Positions 10,461 to 20,412 of a DNA stretch of 64,000 nucleotides are shown here, piece by piece. The DNA is from an uncultured Pirellulaceae bacterium. Lineage in GTDB: Bacteria > Planctomycetota > Planctomycetia > Pirellulales > Pirellulaceae. The stretch is taken from contig CAZNXJ010000002.1 in assembly GCA_964577115.1 (NCBI GenBank), positions 252,285 to 316,284 of the forward strand, written 5' to 3'. The translations under genes were made by a program, and so were the position numbers. The first letter of the stretch is position 1. The number at the start of each line of letters is the position of its first letter. The notes below the pieces were generated by a model. It was not told the DNA's origin. It ran no database searches and worked only from the letters and a program-made list of their open reading frames with translations.

Positions 10461-13400
10461 GCATGCGCAATGCAGTTACGCTGGACGCCAATGAAGCGGC
10501 TGCGTCGGTCGCTTACCGAATGAATGAAATCGTGGTGATCTACCCGATCACGCCGTCGTCGCCCATGGCCGAATGGTGTGACGAGTGGGCTGCAGCGAGC
10601 CGGAAGAACCTATGGGGCGTGGTGCCGCATGTCACGGAAATGCAGTCCGAAGCGGGCGCGGCCGGCGCGATCCACGGCGCTCTGCAGGCTGGGAGCCTCG
10701 CGACGACCTTCACCGCGTCGCAAGGTCTGCTGCTCATGATCCCGAACATGTACAAGATCGCTGGCGAGCTGAACTGCTTCTGCATGCACGTTGCCGCGCG
10801 CACGGTCGCCACGCATGCGCTGTCGATCTTCGGCGATCATTCGGATGTGATGGCGTGCCGCCAGACCGGCTTCGCCATGCTTTGTTCGAACTCCGTTCAG
10901 GAAGCGCACGACTTTGCCTGCATCGGGCAGGCGGCGACGCTGCGCAGCCGCGTGCCGTTCATGCATTTTTTCGACGGTTTTCGGACGTCGCACGAAGTGG
11001 CAAAGATCGAGGCGCTGTCCGACGATCAGATTCGCGCGATGATCGACGAAGAAGCCGTGACCGCTCACCGCCGCCGAGCTCTCACGCCGGATGCGCCCGT
11101 GATTCGCGGCACGGCGCAAAACCCGGACGTGTTCTTCCAGGCGCGCGAGGCGTGCAATCCGTTCTATGTGGCTCTGCCCGAGTCGGTGCAGGCCACGATG
11201 GACCAGTTCGCTCAAGTGACAGGCCGCCAATACCGGCTGTTTGACTATTTCGGCGCGCCGGACGCCGAGCGGGTGCTGGTGCTGATGGGCTCGGGCGTCG
11301 AGACGGCTCGCGAAACCGTCGAATACCTGAACCGGCAAGGCGAGAAGGTGGGCGTGGTCGCGGTGCGACTCTATCGCCCGTTTTCGATTCGCGATTTCGT
11401 CGCCGCACTGCCGAAGACCACCCGCGCCATCGCGGTGCTCGACCGCACCAAGGAACCCGGCGCTATCGGCGAACCACTCTATCTCGACGTCGTGGCCGCA
11501 CTGCGCGAGGCCTTCGATGCAGGCGAGGCGCCGATGGCGCAGGAGCCGCGTGTCGTGGGGGGACGCTATGGCCTATCGTCGAAAGAATTCACTCCGGCGA
11601 TGGTCAAGGCGGTGTTCGACGAGCTCAGACAGGCCCGGCCGCGAAACCACTTCACCGTCGGCATCGTCGATGATGTCACGCATCTTTCGCTCGCCTACGA
11701 TCCGGACTTCGACATCGAGCCGGACGAAGTGGTGCGCGCTTTGTTCTATGGGCTCGGTTCGGACGGTACGGTCGGCGCGAATAAGAACTCGATCAAAATC
11801 ATCGGCGAGGAGACCGACAACTACGCGCAAGGCTACTTCGTGTACGACTCGAAGAAGTCCGGTGCAACAACCGTCTCGCACCTGCGTTTCGGTCCTCGCC
11901 CGATCCGCTCCGAATACCTCATCCGCTCGGCCAATTTCGTCGCCTGCCACCAGTTCCATTTTCTCGAGCGGATGAACATTCTCGAGCATGCTCGCCCCGG
12001 TGGCGTCTTCTTGCTGAACGCGCCGTATGGTCCCGACGAGGTTTGGGACCGGTTGCCGCGCGAGGTGCAGGAGGAGATCCTGGCGAAGCAGCTGCGGCTG
12101 TTTGTCATCGATGCGCTGAAGGTCGCGGGCGATACCGGCATGGGGCGGCGCATCAACACGATCATGCAGACCTGCTTCTTTGCGATCTCGGGCGTCTTGC
12201 CCCGTGAAGAAGCCATTGCCGAGATCAAGAAGTCGATCGAGAAAACGTACGCCCGGAAGGGTGACGAGGTCGTGCGCCGCAACTTTGCCGCCGTCGACCA
12301 TGCCGTCGCCCATCTCTTCGAAGTCAAAGTTCCGACGTCGGCCACGTCGCACGTCCACCGGCAGCCCGACGTTCCCGCCGATGCGCCTGACTTTGTTAAA
12401 CGCGTCAATGCCGTGATCATGGCCGGGAAGGGAGATTTGTTGCCGGTCTCGGCGTTTCCCGTAGACGGCACCTGGCCGCTCAGCACCACGCGCTGGGAAA
12501 AACGCAAAATTGCGACCGAGGTGCCCATCTGGGATCCGGCGATTTGCATCCAGTGCAATAAATGTGCGTTCGTCTGCCCGCACGCGACAATTCGCGCCAA
12601 GGTTTATGATCCTCAGGAGCTGGCCGCGGCGCCCGGCGAGTTCCAGTCGATGGACTTTCGGGCCGCCGAATTCAAAGGCTGGAAGTACACGATCCAGGTC
12701 GCGCCGGAGGATTGCACCGGCTGTAATCTGTGCGTTGTGGTCTGTCCGGCAAAGGACAAGAGCAATCCCAAGCACAAAGCGATCAACATGACGCCGCTGC
12801 ACGAGGTGATCGATCGCGAGCGGGATAACTACGACTTCTTTCTGCGGATTCCCGATCCGCCGCGCGAACGCGTGCGTCACAGCGACGTTAAGGGCTCGCA
12901 GTTTCTCTTGCCGCTGTTCGAGTACTCGGGGGCGTGCAGTGGTTGCGGTGAGACGCCGTACCTCAAGCTGCTTACTCAGCTTTTTGGCGATCGGCTGTTG
13001 ATTGCCAATGCAACGGGCTGTTCGTCCATTTACGGCGCCAATCTGCCCACGACGCCGTGGGCGGCCAATCCAGACGGTCGCGGTCCCGCCTGGTCGAACT
13101 CGCTGTTCGAGGACAATGCCGAGTTCGGGCTCGGTTTCCGGCTCAGCATCGATAACCTGACGAGCCAGGCACGCGAGCTCGTCACGCAGTTCGCCTCTGT
13201 GCTGGGCGACAATCTGGTCCAAGAGATCCTCGAGGCGGATCAGACGAACGAGCCGGGTATCGAGGTACAGCGGCAGCGAGTCGCCGCGCTGCGCGAGAAA
13301 CTTCGCGGCGACTCGTCCGAGGCAGCGCAGCGTTTGCTGCTTCTGGCCGACTATTTGGTGAAAAAGAGTATCTGGTTGATTGGCGGCGATGGCTGGGCCT

Positions 13401-14074
13401 ATGACATCGGCTTCGGTGGCCTCGACCACGTGCTGTCCATGACACACAAGGTCAACGTGCTGGTGCTCGACACGGAAGTCTATTCCAACACGGGCGGCCA
13501 GTCGTCCAAGGCGACGCCGCTCGCAGCCTCCGCCAAGTTCGCATCCGCGGGCAAGGCCGTTCATAAGAAGGACCTGGGCTTGATCGCGATGAGCTACGGC
13601 CACGTCTATGTCGCGTCGGTCGCGTTCGGCGCGAAAGACACCCAAACCGTGCAGGCGTTCCACGAGGCGGAAACCTACAACGGCCCGTCGATCATCATCG
13701 CCTACAGCCAGTGCATCGCGCATGGTTACGACCTGCGCTTTGGTGCCGAACAGCAGAAGCTGGCCGTCCATTCAGGCGTGTGGCCGCTCTATCGCTTCGA
13801 TCCGCGGCGAGTGGAGCGGGGCGAACCGCCCTTGCTGATCGATGCCCCGGCCGGCCGGGCGTCCATTATGGAATACATGCGCAATGAAACTCGGTTCCGC
13901 ATGGTCGAGCGTCTGAATCCCGAGCGGTTTCGGAAACTGGCCGCCGCCGCTCGCGACCACGCCGCACGCCGCGTTGCGCTATACGAACAACTGTCGCAAA
14001 TCACTCTGCCTCAACCGGCGGCCCAACCGGCGTCGTCGAACGGTAAGAGCCAGCCGAAGGAGTCGCACGCATGA
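10457..14074 (+). CDS. nifJ: Pyruvate:ferredoxin (flavodoxin) oxidoreductase, single-polypeptide PFOR
   Basis: N-terminus AVTLDANEAAASVAYRMNEIVVIYPITPSSPMAEW, ferredoxin motifs CIQCNKCAFVCPHA and CTGCNLCVVVCPA, and TPP motif GGDGWAYDIGFGG. About 1200 aa. The ATG at 10457 overlaps the hoxW stop (ATGA). Confidence 0.95.
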   Translation: MSMRNAVTLDANEAAASVAYRMNEIVVIYPITPSSPMAEWCDEWAAASRKNLWGVVPHVTEMQSEAGAAGAIHGALQAGSLATTFTASQGLLLMIPNMYKIAGELNCFCMHVAARTVATHALSIFGDHSDVMACRQTGFAMLCSNSVQEAHDFACIGQAATLRSRVPFMHFFDGFRTSHEVAKIEALSDDQIRAMIDEEAVTAHRRRALTPDAPVIRGTAQNPDVFFQAREACNPFYVALPESVQATMDQFAQVTGRQYRLFDYFGAPDAERVLVLMGSGVETARETVEYLNRQGEKVGVVAVRLYRPFSIRDFVAALPKTTRAIAVLDRTKEPGAIGEPLYLDVVAALREAFDAGEAPMAQEPRVVGGRYGLSSKEFTPAMVKAVFDELRQARPRNHFTVGIVDDVTHLSLAYDPDFDIEPDEVVRALFYGLGSDGTVGANKNSIKIIGEETDNYAQGYFVYDSKKSGATTVSHLRFGPRPIRSEYLIRSANFVACHQFHFLERMNILEHARPGGVFLLNAPYGPDEVWDRLPREVQEEILAKQLRLFVIDALKVAGDTGMGRRINTIMQTCFFAISGVLPREEAIAEIKKSIEKTYARKGDEVVRRNFAAVDHAVAHLFEVKVPTSATSHVHRQPDVPADAPDFVKRVNAVIMAGKGDLLPVSAFPVDGTWPLSTTRWEKRKIATEVPIWDPAICIQCNKCAFVCPHATIRAKVYDPQELAAAPGEFQSMDFRAAEFKGWKYTIQVAPEDCTGCNLCVVVCPAKDKSNPKHKAINMTPLHEVIDRERDNYDFFLRIPDPPRERVRHSDVKGSQFLLPLFEYSGACSGCGETPYLKLLTQLFGDRLLIANATGCSSIYGANLPTTPWAANPDGRGPAWSNSLFEDNAEFGLGFRLSIDNLTSQARELVTQFASVLGDNLVQEILEADQTNEPGIEVQRQRVAALREKLRGDSSEAAQRLLLLADYLVKKSIWLIGGDGWAYDIGFGGLDHVLSMTHKVNVLVLDTEVYSNTGGQSSKATPLAASAKFASAGKAVHKKDLGLIAMSYGHVYVASVAFGAKDTQTVQAFHEAETYNGPSIIIAYSQCIAHGYDLRFGAEQQKLAVHSGVWPLYRFDPRRVERGEPPLLIDAPAGRASIMEYMRNETRFRMVERLNPERFRKLAAAARDHAARRVALYEQLSQITLPQPAAQPASSNGKSQPKESHA

Positions 14075-15072
14075 ACCTGGCGACCACGTACATGGGCTTC
14101 AAGCTCCCCCATCCGTTAATTCCAGGGGCTTCGCCGCTCTCCGATAGTCTCGATGCCGTGCGGTGGCTGGAAGACGCCGGGGCGCCGATGATCATCATGC
14201 ATTCGCTGTTCGAAGAGCAGATTCTTTCGGAGGAGATTGCGACCAACCGCGCAGTCGATACGCCCAAGGAAAGTTATGCCGAGGCGCTGACGTACTTACC
14301 CGAACCAGACGAGTTCGAACTCGGTCCAGACGAGTACCTCGAACAGATCCGGCGAATTAAGCAGGCCGTCGGCATTCCCGTGATCGGTTCGCTCAACGGC
14401 GTGACGGCCGGCGGCTGGATCCGCTACGCCAAGTTGATTCAGGAGGCCGGTGCCGACGGATTGGAGATCAACATCTATGAAGTCGGAGCAAACTTCGACG
14501 AGATGGGCGATCAGGTGGAGCGGCGTTTATTGGATGTGATCTGGTCCGTTCGCGAAGCTGTTTCCATCCCGGTCGCCGTGAAGATCTCGCCATTTTTTTC
14601 GTCGCTCGCCAACTTCCTCAAGCATGTCGACAGTATCCATGTCGATGGCCTGGTGCTCTTCAATCGCTTCTATCAGCCGGACCTCGACATCGAGAACCTC
14701 GACGTGCGGCGCGTTGTCAACCTTTCGGACTCGTCGGAACTACTGCTCCGCCTGCGTTGGCTCGCGTTGCTGTACGGGCGTCTCAAAACTCCGATGGCCG
14801 TCACGGGCGGGGTGCACACGGCGATTGATGCGGTGAAAAGCATCATGGCCGGCGCGAGCGCGTGCCAGATGGTATCGGCCTTGCTCAAACGCGGCCCATC
14901 GTACCTCGCCACAGTTCGCGACGATTTGCAGCGGTGGCTCGAGGAACATGAATACGAGTCGCTTGAACAGATGCGAGGAAGTTTGAGTCTTGAACGCGTC
15001 CCGGATGGGAGCGCTTACGAGCGCGCGAACTACGCGCGGATTCTGCAGACCTGGGAGGATCAGGCCCTCTAA
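14071..15072 (+). CDS. Dihydroorotate dehydrogenase-family TIM-barrel flavoprotein (PFOR-associated)
   Basis: MNLATTYMGFKLPHPLIPGASPLS..., IPVIGSLNG and IPVAVKISP resemble class-1 DHOD/DPD-like proteins. ATGA overlap with the nifJ stop. Confidence 0.7.
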   Translation: MNLATTYMGFKLPHPLIPGASPLSDSLDAVRWLEDAGAPMIIMHSLFEEQILSEEIATNRAVDTPKESYAEALTYLPEPDEFELGPDEYLEQIRRIKQAVGIPVIGSLNGVTAGGWIRYAKLIQEAGADGLEINIYEVGANFDEMGDQVERRLLDVIWSVREAVSIPVAVKISPFFSSLANFLKHVDSIHVDGLVLFNRFYQPDLDIENLDVRRVVNLSDSSELLLRLRWLALLYGRLKTPMAVTGGVHTAIDAVKSIMAGASACQMVSALLKRGPSYLATVRDDLQRWLEEHEYESLEQMRGSLSLERVPDGSAYERANYARILQTWEDQAL

Positions 15073-15172
15073 CGGCTGATCCACGATCGTTTTCCACCAC
15101 CCGGTCGACACGGGCACCCGTCCGCAATTCGTCGCACGGTGGTCAGCCGCCTGCCGGGCAGGAAACGGAGCC

Positions 15173-17845
15173 ATGAACGCGGTACATCCTCTCGATCCGA
15201 TCTTTCATCCTGAGACCGTTGCCGTCGTCGGCGCTAGCGTGAAGCCGGGCAGCGTCGGTAGCATCATCATGCGCAACTTGACGGAAAACGCGTTTAACGG
15301 CGTCGTTTATCCGGTGAATCCCAAGCGGCGAGCGGTGCATGGCATCCATTGCTACCCGACTCTGGCCGACGTTCCCGAGCCGATCGATCTGGCGGTTATC
15401 GCCACGCCGGCCGCCACCGTTCCCGGGCTGATGGAGCAATGCGTCCAGCAAGGGGTGAAGGGCGCGATTATCATTTCCGCCGGATTCTCCGAGTTGGGGG
15501 AAGAGGGCCGCGCGCTCGAGCAGCGTATTGCCGACATCGCGCGCGGTCACCTGCGCATCATCGGCCCCAACTGCCTTGGCGTGATTCATCCACCTTATGG
15601 ATTGAATGCGAGTTTCGCCGCGAGCATGCCGAAGCCGGGGCACATTGCCCTGCTGAGCCAAAGCGGCGCGATTTGCACGTCGATTCTCGACTGGGCGCGC
15701 GAGGTGAACGTTGGGTTCAGCAGCTTTATAAGCGTGGGATCGATGGTGGACGTCGATTTCGGCGACCTGATCGATTACTTCGGCGAAGATCCGCGCACGC
15801 GCAGTCTGATCCTTTATATGGAGTCGATTGGTGACGTGCGGCGGTTCCTGAGCGCTGCTCGAGCCGTTGCGCGGACGAAGCCGATCATTGTGGTGAAGGC
15901 GGGGCGTCACGAGGCGGGAGCACGAGCCGCTGCGTCGCATACCGGGGCGCTCGCCGGCGCGGATGCCGTGTTTGATGCGGCGTTTCGCCGAGCCGGCGTG
16001 CTGCGCGTGACGACGATTTCGGAACTGTTCAACATGGCCGAGATCCTCGCTACGCAGTCCGCGCCGCGCGGGCCGTCGCTAGCGATTATCACGAACGCCG
16101 GCGGGCCCGGCGTGATGGCGACCGATGCGCTCATGCTGCAAGGCGGCCAGCTTGCGGAACTCACACCCGAAACGATGGACGCGCTGAACGCCGCCTTGCC
16201 GCCGTACTGGAGCCGTAGCAATCCGATCGACATTCTCGGTGATGCGAATCCCGAAAGGTATCGCACGGCCGTCGACATTTGCATTCGCGATCCGGCCGTC
16301 GACGGGCTGCTCGTGCTGCTCACGCCCCAGGCCATGACCGACCCCACCGAGACGGCTCGACAGCTCCTCCCGTTCGCGCGCGCCCATAATAAGCCGATCC
16401 TGACGAGCTGGATGGGCGGCACCGAAGTGCAGGAAGGACGCCGGATCTTGAACATGGCCGACTTTCCGACGTTTTCTTCACCGGAAGAAGCGATTCAGTC
16501 GTTCCTCCACATGGTGCAGTATCGGCGGAACCAGGAGCTGCTGTACGAGACGCCCGAGGCGCTGCCGGGAGACTGGGCGCCCGATACCGAACGGGTACAG
16601 AAAACAATCGACGCGGTCACCCGGGAAAAACGGCTTCTGCTGACCGAAGACGAAGCAAAAGACATGCTCGCGGCGTATGGCATTCCGGTCACGCGGACGA
16701 TTCCCTGCCGCTCGGCAGACGAAGCGGTAGCCGCGGCGCGCGAGATTGGCTATCCCGTTGTGCTGAAATTGCTTTCGAAAACGATCACGCACAAGACGGA
16801 CGTCGGCGGAGTGCGATTGAATTTGGCGGACGAGTCGGCGGTGCGCGGGGCGTTCACGGCCATCCAAGCGCGTCTCGAGCAGCTCGGACGATCGGACGAG
16901 TTCGAGGGCGTCACGGTCCAGCCGATGATTACCGCGAAAGGCTACGAGCTAATCATCGGCAGCTCGGTGGATCGCCAGTTTGGCCCCGTCATCCTATTCG
17001 GGGCTGGCGGCGTGCTCGTCGAGATCTTCAAAGACCGGGCGCTCGCCCTGCCGCCGCTGAACCGAGCGCTAGCGCGGCGCCTCATGGAACGCACGCGCAT
17101 CTACGAAGCGCTGCGGGGCGCGCGGGGCATTGCCGTGGACCTGGAAGCGCTCGAGACACTGCTCGTCCGCTTTAGCCAGCTCGTGGCCGATTTTCGGGAG
17201 ATCGCCGAGATTGATATCAACCCGCTGCTGTCGAGCAGCGAGGGCGTCATCGCGCTGGACGCGCGCGTGCTGCTCGCTTCGCCCGAAGCCCTCGCGAAGG
17301 GCCCGCCGCGCCTGGCGATCATGCCCTACCCGAACAAGTACACGGCGCCGTTTGAACTCAAGGATGGGCGGCGGATTCTCGTGCGCGCGATTCGCCCCGA
17401 GGACGAGCCGCTCATCGTGGAATTTCATGCCGGACATTCCGAACGGACGCTGCGCATGCGGTTCTTCGGGATGGTCCGCGTGCTGACGCGCGAGAACCTT
17501 ATTCGACTGTGCCATTTGGACTACGACCGGGAACTCGCGCTCGTGGGCATTCATCATGACGAAAACCACAAGCCGCACATCGTGGGCGTGTCGCGCTACT
17601 ATCTTCGGCCGGAACTGGGGATTGCCGAGTTCGCGCTGGTAGTGGGGGATGCGTGGCAGCGGCAGGGGATTGGACGCCACCTGATGGAACGCCTGATCGA
17701 GGTCGCCCGCGATCGCGGCGTCAAACAATTGTCCGGCCAGGTGCTCGCCGACAACGATCCCATGCTCAAACTGCTCACGCAGCTTGGCTTCCGCGTTGAG
17801 CCAACGCAGGACCCCGCCGTGGTCCGCGCGATCCTGGATCTCTAA
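15173..17845 (+). CDS. Pat-like fusion of an ADP-forming acetyl-CoA synthetase (CoA-binding + ATP-grasp) with a C-terminal GNAT acetyltransferase
   Basis: N-terminal succinyl-CoA-synthetase-alpha-like CoA-binding domain ([15 protein letters not shown]), an ATP-grasp beta-like domain, and a C-terminal GNAT motif [21 protein letters not shown]. 890 aa, as in enterobacterial Pat. Confidence 0.8.
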   Translation: MNAVHPLDPIFHPETVAVVGASVKPGSVGSIIMRNLTENAFNGVVYPVNPKRRAVHGIHCYPTLADVPEPIDLAVIATPAATVPGLMEQCVQQGVKGAIIISAGFSELGEEGRALEQRIADIARGHLRIIGPNCLGVIHPPYGLNASFAASMPKPGHIALLSQSGAICTSILDWAREVNVGFSSFISVGSMVDVDFGDLIDYFGEDPRTRSLILYMESIGDVRRFLSAARAVARTKPIIVVKAGRHEAGARAAASHTGALAGADAVFDAAFRRAGVLRVTTISELFNMAEILATQSAPRGPSLAIITNAGGPGVMATDALMLQGGQLAELTPETMDALNAALPPYWSRSNPIDILGDANPERYRTAVDICIRDPAVDGLLVLLTPQAMTDPTETARQLLPFARAHNKPILTSWMGGTEVQEGRRILNMADFPTFSSPEEAIQSFLHMVQYRRNQELLYETPEALPGDWAPDTERVQKTIDAVTREKRLLLTEDEAKDMLAAYGIPVTRTIPCRSADEAVAAAREIGYPVVLKLLSKTITHKTDVGGVRLNLADESAVRGAFTAIQARLEQLGRSDEFEGVTVQPMITAKGYELIIGSSVDRQFGPVILFGAGGVLVEIFKDRALALPPLNRALARRLMERTRIYEALRGARGIAVDLEALETLLVRFSQLVADFREIAEIDINPLLSSSEGVIALDARVLLASPEALAKGPPRLAIMPYPNKYTAPFELKDGRRILVRAIRPEDEPLIVEFHAGHSERTLRMRFFGMVRVLTRENLIRLCHLDYDRELALVGIHHDENHKPHIVGVSRYYLRPELGIAEFALVVGDAWQRQGIGRHLMERLIEVARDRGVKQLSGQVLADNDPMLKLLTQLGFRVEPTQDPAVVRAILDL

Positions 17846-18016
17846 GCGTCCCTCGACAGCAGAGATACGGTCATTGCGCCCGTGAATCCATGTGGCGCAT
17901 CGAACCGTGCCTTCGGCTCGTCACGCATAGTGAAAAAATCGTCGTGCGGTTAGGATTGCCGGAGATGAAGGCATTTTCCCGAACCGCGCCGTCAGCAACT
18001 GTTACCTGCGAACCCA

Positions 18017-20302
18017 GTGAGCACCTCCAAACAACGAAGCCTGTTCACGGATCCGGATGCGGCGCCGTGGGAGTACGACGACGAGTCACACCGGTTGGTG
18101 GCGACGGTCGTTTTCGCGGAAGGGGCGGACGGGCAGTTCGATTATCTCGTTCCTGACACTCTGCGAGGGCACGTCGAGGCAGGGCGCCGCGTGGTGGTGC
18201 CACTCGGCCGGTCGAACCGGCGAGTGACCGGTTACTGCGTAGCCGTGGGCAATTCGACCGACTCACCCGCTCGGCTCAAGGAAATCCTTGAGGTCCTCGA
18301 CGACGTGACGCTCTTGTCCCCGTCGATGCTGCGGCTGACGCGGTGGATGGCAGACTACTATTTATGCAGCTGGGGAGCCGCGATTGAAACGGTGATTCCT
18401 GCCGGCGTCCGGTCGGCCGCGGGAACCCGTGAAGCTGTGTTCTTGTCGCTGACGGCGACGACGCGCGAGCGGGCTCGGGGCATGAAGCTCGGCGAAGCCC
18501 AGCGCCGCGCGCTCGAGTACCTCGAATCCGCGCGGCAACCGATGACCGCCCAGCAGCTTGCCAAGGCCGTGAACTGTTCGCTTGGCCCCATTCAACAGCT
18601 TCGCCGGCGCGGGCTTGTTGAAGAGACGACCCAGCGCGTCGTCTGGGGAAGGGTCTCCCAGCAGCCCGTGGAAGTGGAACAAGGCTGGCATCCGAACGCC
18701 GCGCAGCAGCGAGCGCTCGACGGCATCCGAGCGGCTTTGCAGGCCAACGAGTTCCGGACGTTCGTGATTCACGGAGTGACTGGCAGCGGCAAGACCGAGG
18801 TATATATCCGAGCCATTGAGGAAGTCGTACGGTCGGGGCGGCAAGCGATCGTGCTCGTACCGGAAATCAGCCTGACGCCGCAAACCGAGCAGCGTTTTCG
18901 TTCACGATTCCCCTCCGTCGCGGTGCTGCATAGTCACCAGAGCCCCGTGGAACGGCACTGGCATTGGCGGCGGATCGCGCGCGGAGAAGTGCAGGTGGTC
19001 GTGGGAGCGCGCAGCGCCGTCTTCGCTCCAACCCCGCATCTGGGACTGATTGTGATCGACGAGGAGCACGACGCGTCCTTCAAGCAGGACTCGACGCCTC
19101 GCTATCACGCTCGCGAGGTCGCGCGACAACGCTGCCTCATGCAGCGTGTGCCGCTCGTTCTCGGGTCCGCCACCCCGTCACTGGAGAGCTACCAGGCGGC
19201 TCTGCGTGGCGAGGCAACGCTGCTGCCGCTTCCGCACCGCGTTCTCGATCGGCCTTTGCCGCACGTGGCAACGATCGATTTGCGCAGCGAGTTCCAGAAC
19301 CGGAAGCAACGCGGAGCCATCAGCCGTCCGCTGCATCAGGCGATTCATCAAGCGTTGATCGACGGCGGGCAGGTGATTTTACTGTTGAACCGCCGAGGCT
19401 ACTCGCCCATCATCCAGTGCCCGAGCTGCGGGCAGGCCGTGAAATGTCCGTACTGCGATATCACGCTGACGCATCACCGCACTGGGGCTCTGGCCGTGTG
19501 CCACTACTGCGATTACCAGCAGGCAACGCCGACGCATTGCCCGAACTGCCAGTCGACGGGCATTCGCTATGTGGGCCTGGGCACACAGCGGCTTGAAGCC
19601 GAAGTCCGCGCGCGTTTTCCGCACTATGAATGTCTGCGCATGGACAGCGATTCGATGCAGCAGCACGGCAGCCACGAGAAAGCGCTCGCACGCTTTCGTC
19701 AGGGCGAGGTGCGGATTCTGCTGGGCACGCAAATGATCGCCAAAGGGCTCGACTTTCCCAACGTGACGCTCGTCGGCGTCATCAACGCGGACATCGCGTT
19801 GCATCTGCCGAACTTCCGCGCCGCCGAGCGTACGTTTCAGCTCGTCACTCAGGTGGCCGGACGCACGGGACGCGGCGAGAAGGGGGGACGGGTGCTCGTG
19901 CAGACGTTTACCCCCGAACATCCCGCCATCATCGCTGCCACACGGCACGATTTCGTGCAGTTCGCCGAGGGCGAATTGCCGTGCCGTGAGCGGTTCGGCT
20001 ACCCGCCTTTCGGCGCGATGGTTCGCATCATCGTGCGGGGTGATGCGGTCGAGCCGGTCTCGGCCTGGGCCGATCATCTCGGTGCGGCGCTGACCGAAGC
20101 GCTCGAGGGCCAGCCGGTCCGCGTGATGGGCCCGGCGCCGGCGCCTATCGCCAAGCTGCGCGGCAAACACCGCTACCACCTGTTGCTGCTGGGCCCCGAC
20201 GGCGAACCCTTGCGGGCGGCGGTGCGCGACGTCATGCAGCGCGTCAAAACGCCTGATGATGTCCAGTGGATCGCCGACGTCGATCCGCTCGACATGCTGT
20301 AG
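18017..20302 (+). CDS. priA: Primosomal protein N' (replication restart helicase)
   Basis: Walker A HGVTGSGKTEVYIRAIEE, DExH box VIDEEHD, and zinc-binding CPSCGQAVKCPYCD...CHYCDYQ...CPNCQS. Confidence 0.9.
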   Translation: MSTSKQRSLFTDPDAAPWEYDDESHRLVATVVFAEGADGQFDYLVPDTLRGHVEAGRRVVVPLGRSNRRVTGYCVAVGNSTDSPARLKEILEVLDDVTLLSPSMLRLTRWMADYYLCSWGAAIETVIPAGVRSAAGTREAVFLSLTATTRERARGMKLGEAQRRALEYLESARQPMTAQQLAKAVNCSLGPIQQLRRRGLVEETTQRVVWGRVSQQPVEVEQGWHPNAAQQRALDGIRAALQANEFRTFVIHGVTGSGKTEVYIRAIEEVVRSGRQAIVLVPEISLTPQTEQRFRSRFPSVAVLHSHQSPVERHWHWRRIARGEVQVVVGARSAVFAPTPHLGLIVIDEEHDASFKQDSTPRYHAREVARQRCLMQRVPLVLGSATPSLESYQAALRGEATLLPLPHRVLDRPLPHVATIDLRSEFQNRKQRGAISRPLHQAIHQALIDGGQVILLLNRRGYSPIIQCPSCGQAVKCPYCDITLTHHRTGALAVCHYCDYQQATPTHCPNCQSTGIRYVGLGTQRLEAEVRARFPHYECLRMDSDSMQQHGSHEKALARFRQGEVRILLGTQMIAKGLDFPNVTLVGVINADIALHLPNFRAAERTFQLVTQVAGRTGRGEKGGRVLVQTFTPEHPAIIAATRHDFVQFAEGELPCRERFGYPPFGAMVRIIVRGDAVEPVSAWADHLGAALTEALEGQPVRVMGPAPAPIAKLRGKHRYHLLLLGPDGEPLRAAVRDVMQRVKTPDDVQWIADVDPLDML

Positions 20303-20412
20303 TCCTGCCTTTTAACTCGCTGTTTTTCTTTTTCGCCCCAGCTTGCGCAAACCCCGAGGCCGAGCGGACCCGCACGCTTTGCCACTCGCCACCCACCGCT
20401 CGTTTACCTACA

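Noticed and set aside
11573-13771. 732-aa ORF antisense to nifJ. There are similar long antisense or alternative-frame ORFs elsewhere, for example 19379..20179 (antisense to priA), 52517..54091 (antisense to flotillin), 5345..6049 (antisense to hoxF), 6862..7821 and 8497..9048.
   Set aside because: At ~65% GC, stop codons are rare in non-coding frames. The sense-strand genes carry unambiguous conserved motifs, while the antisense translations are Arg/Ala/Gly-rich low-complexity sequences typical of spurious high-GC ORFs.
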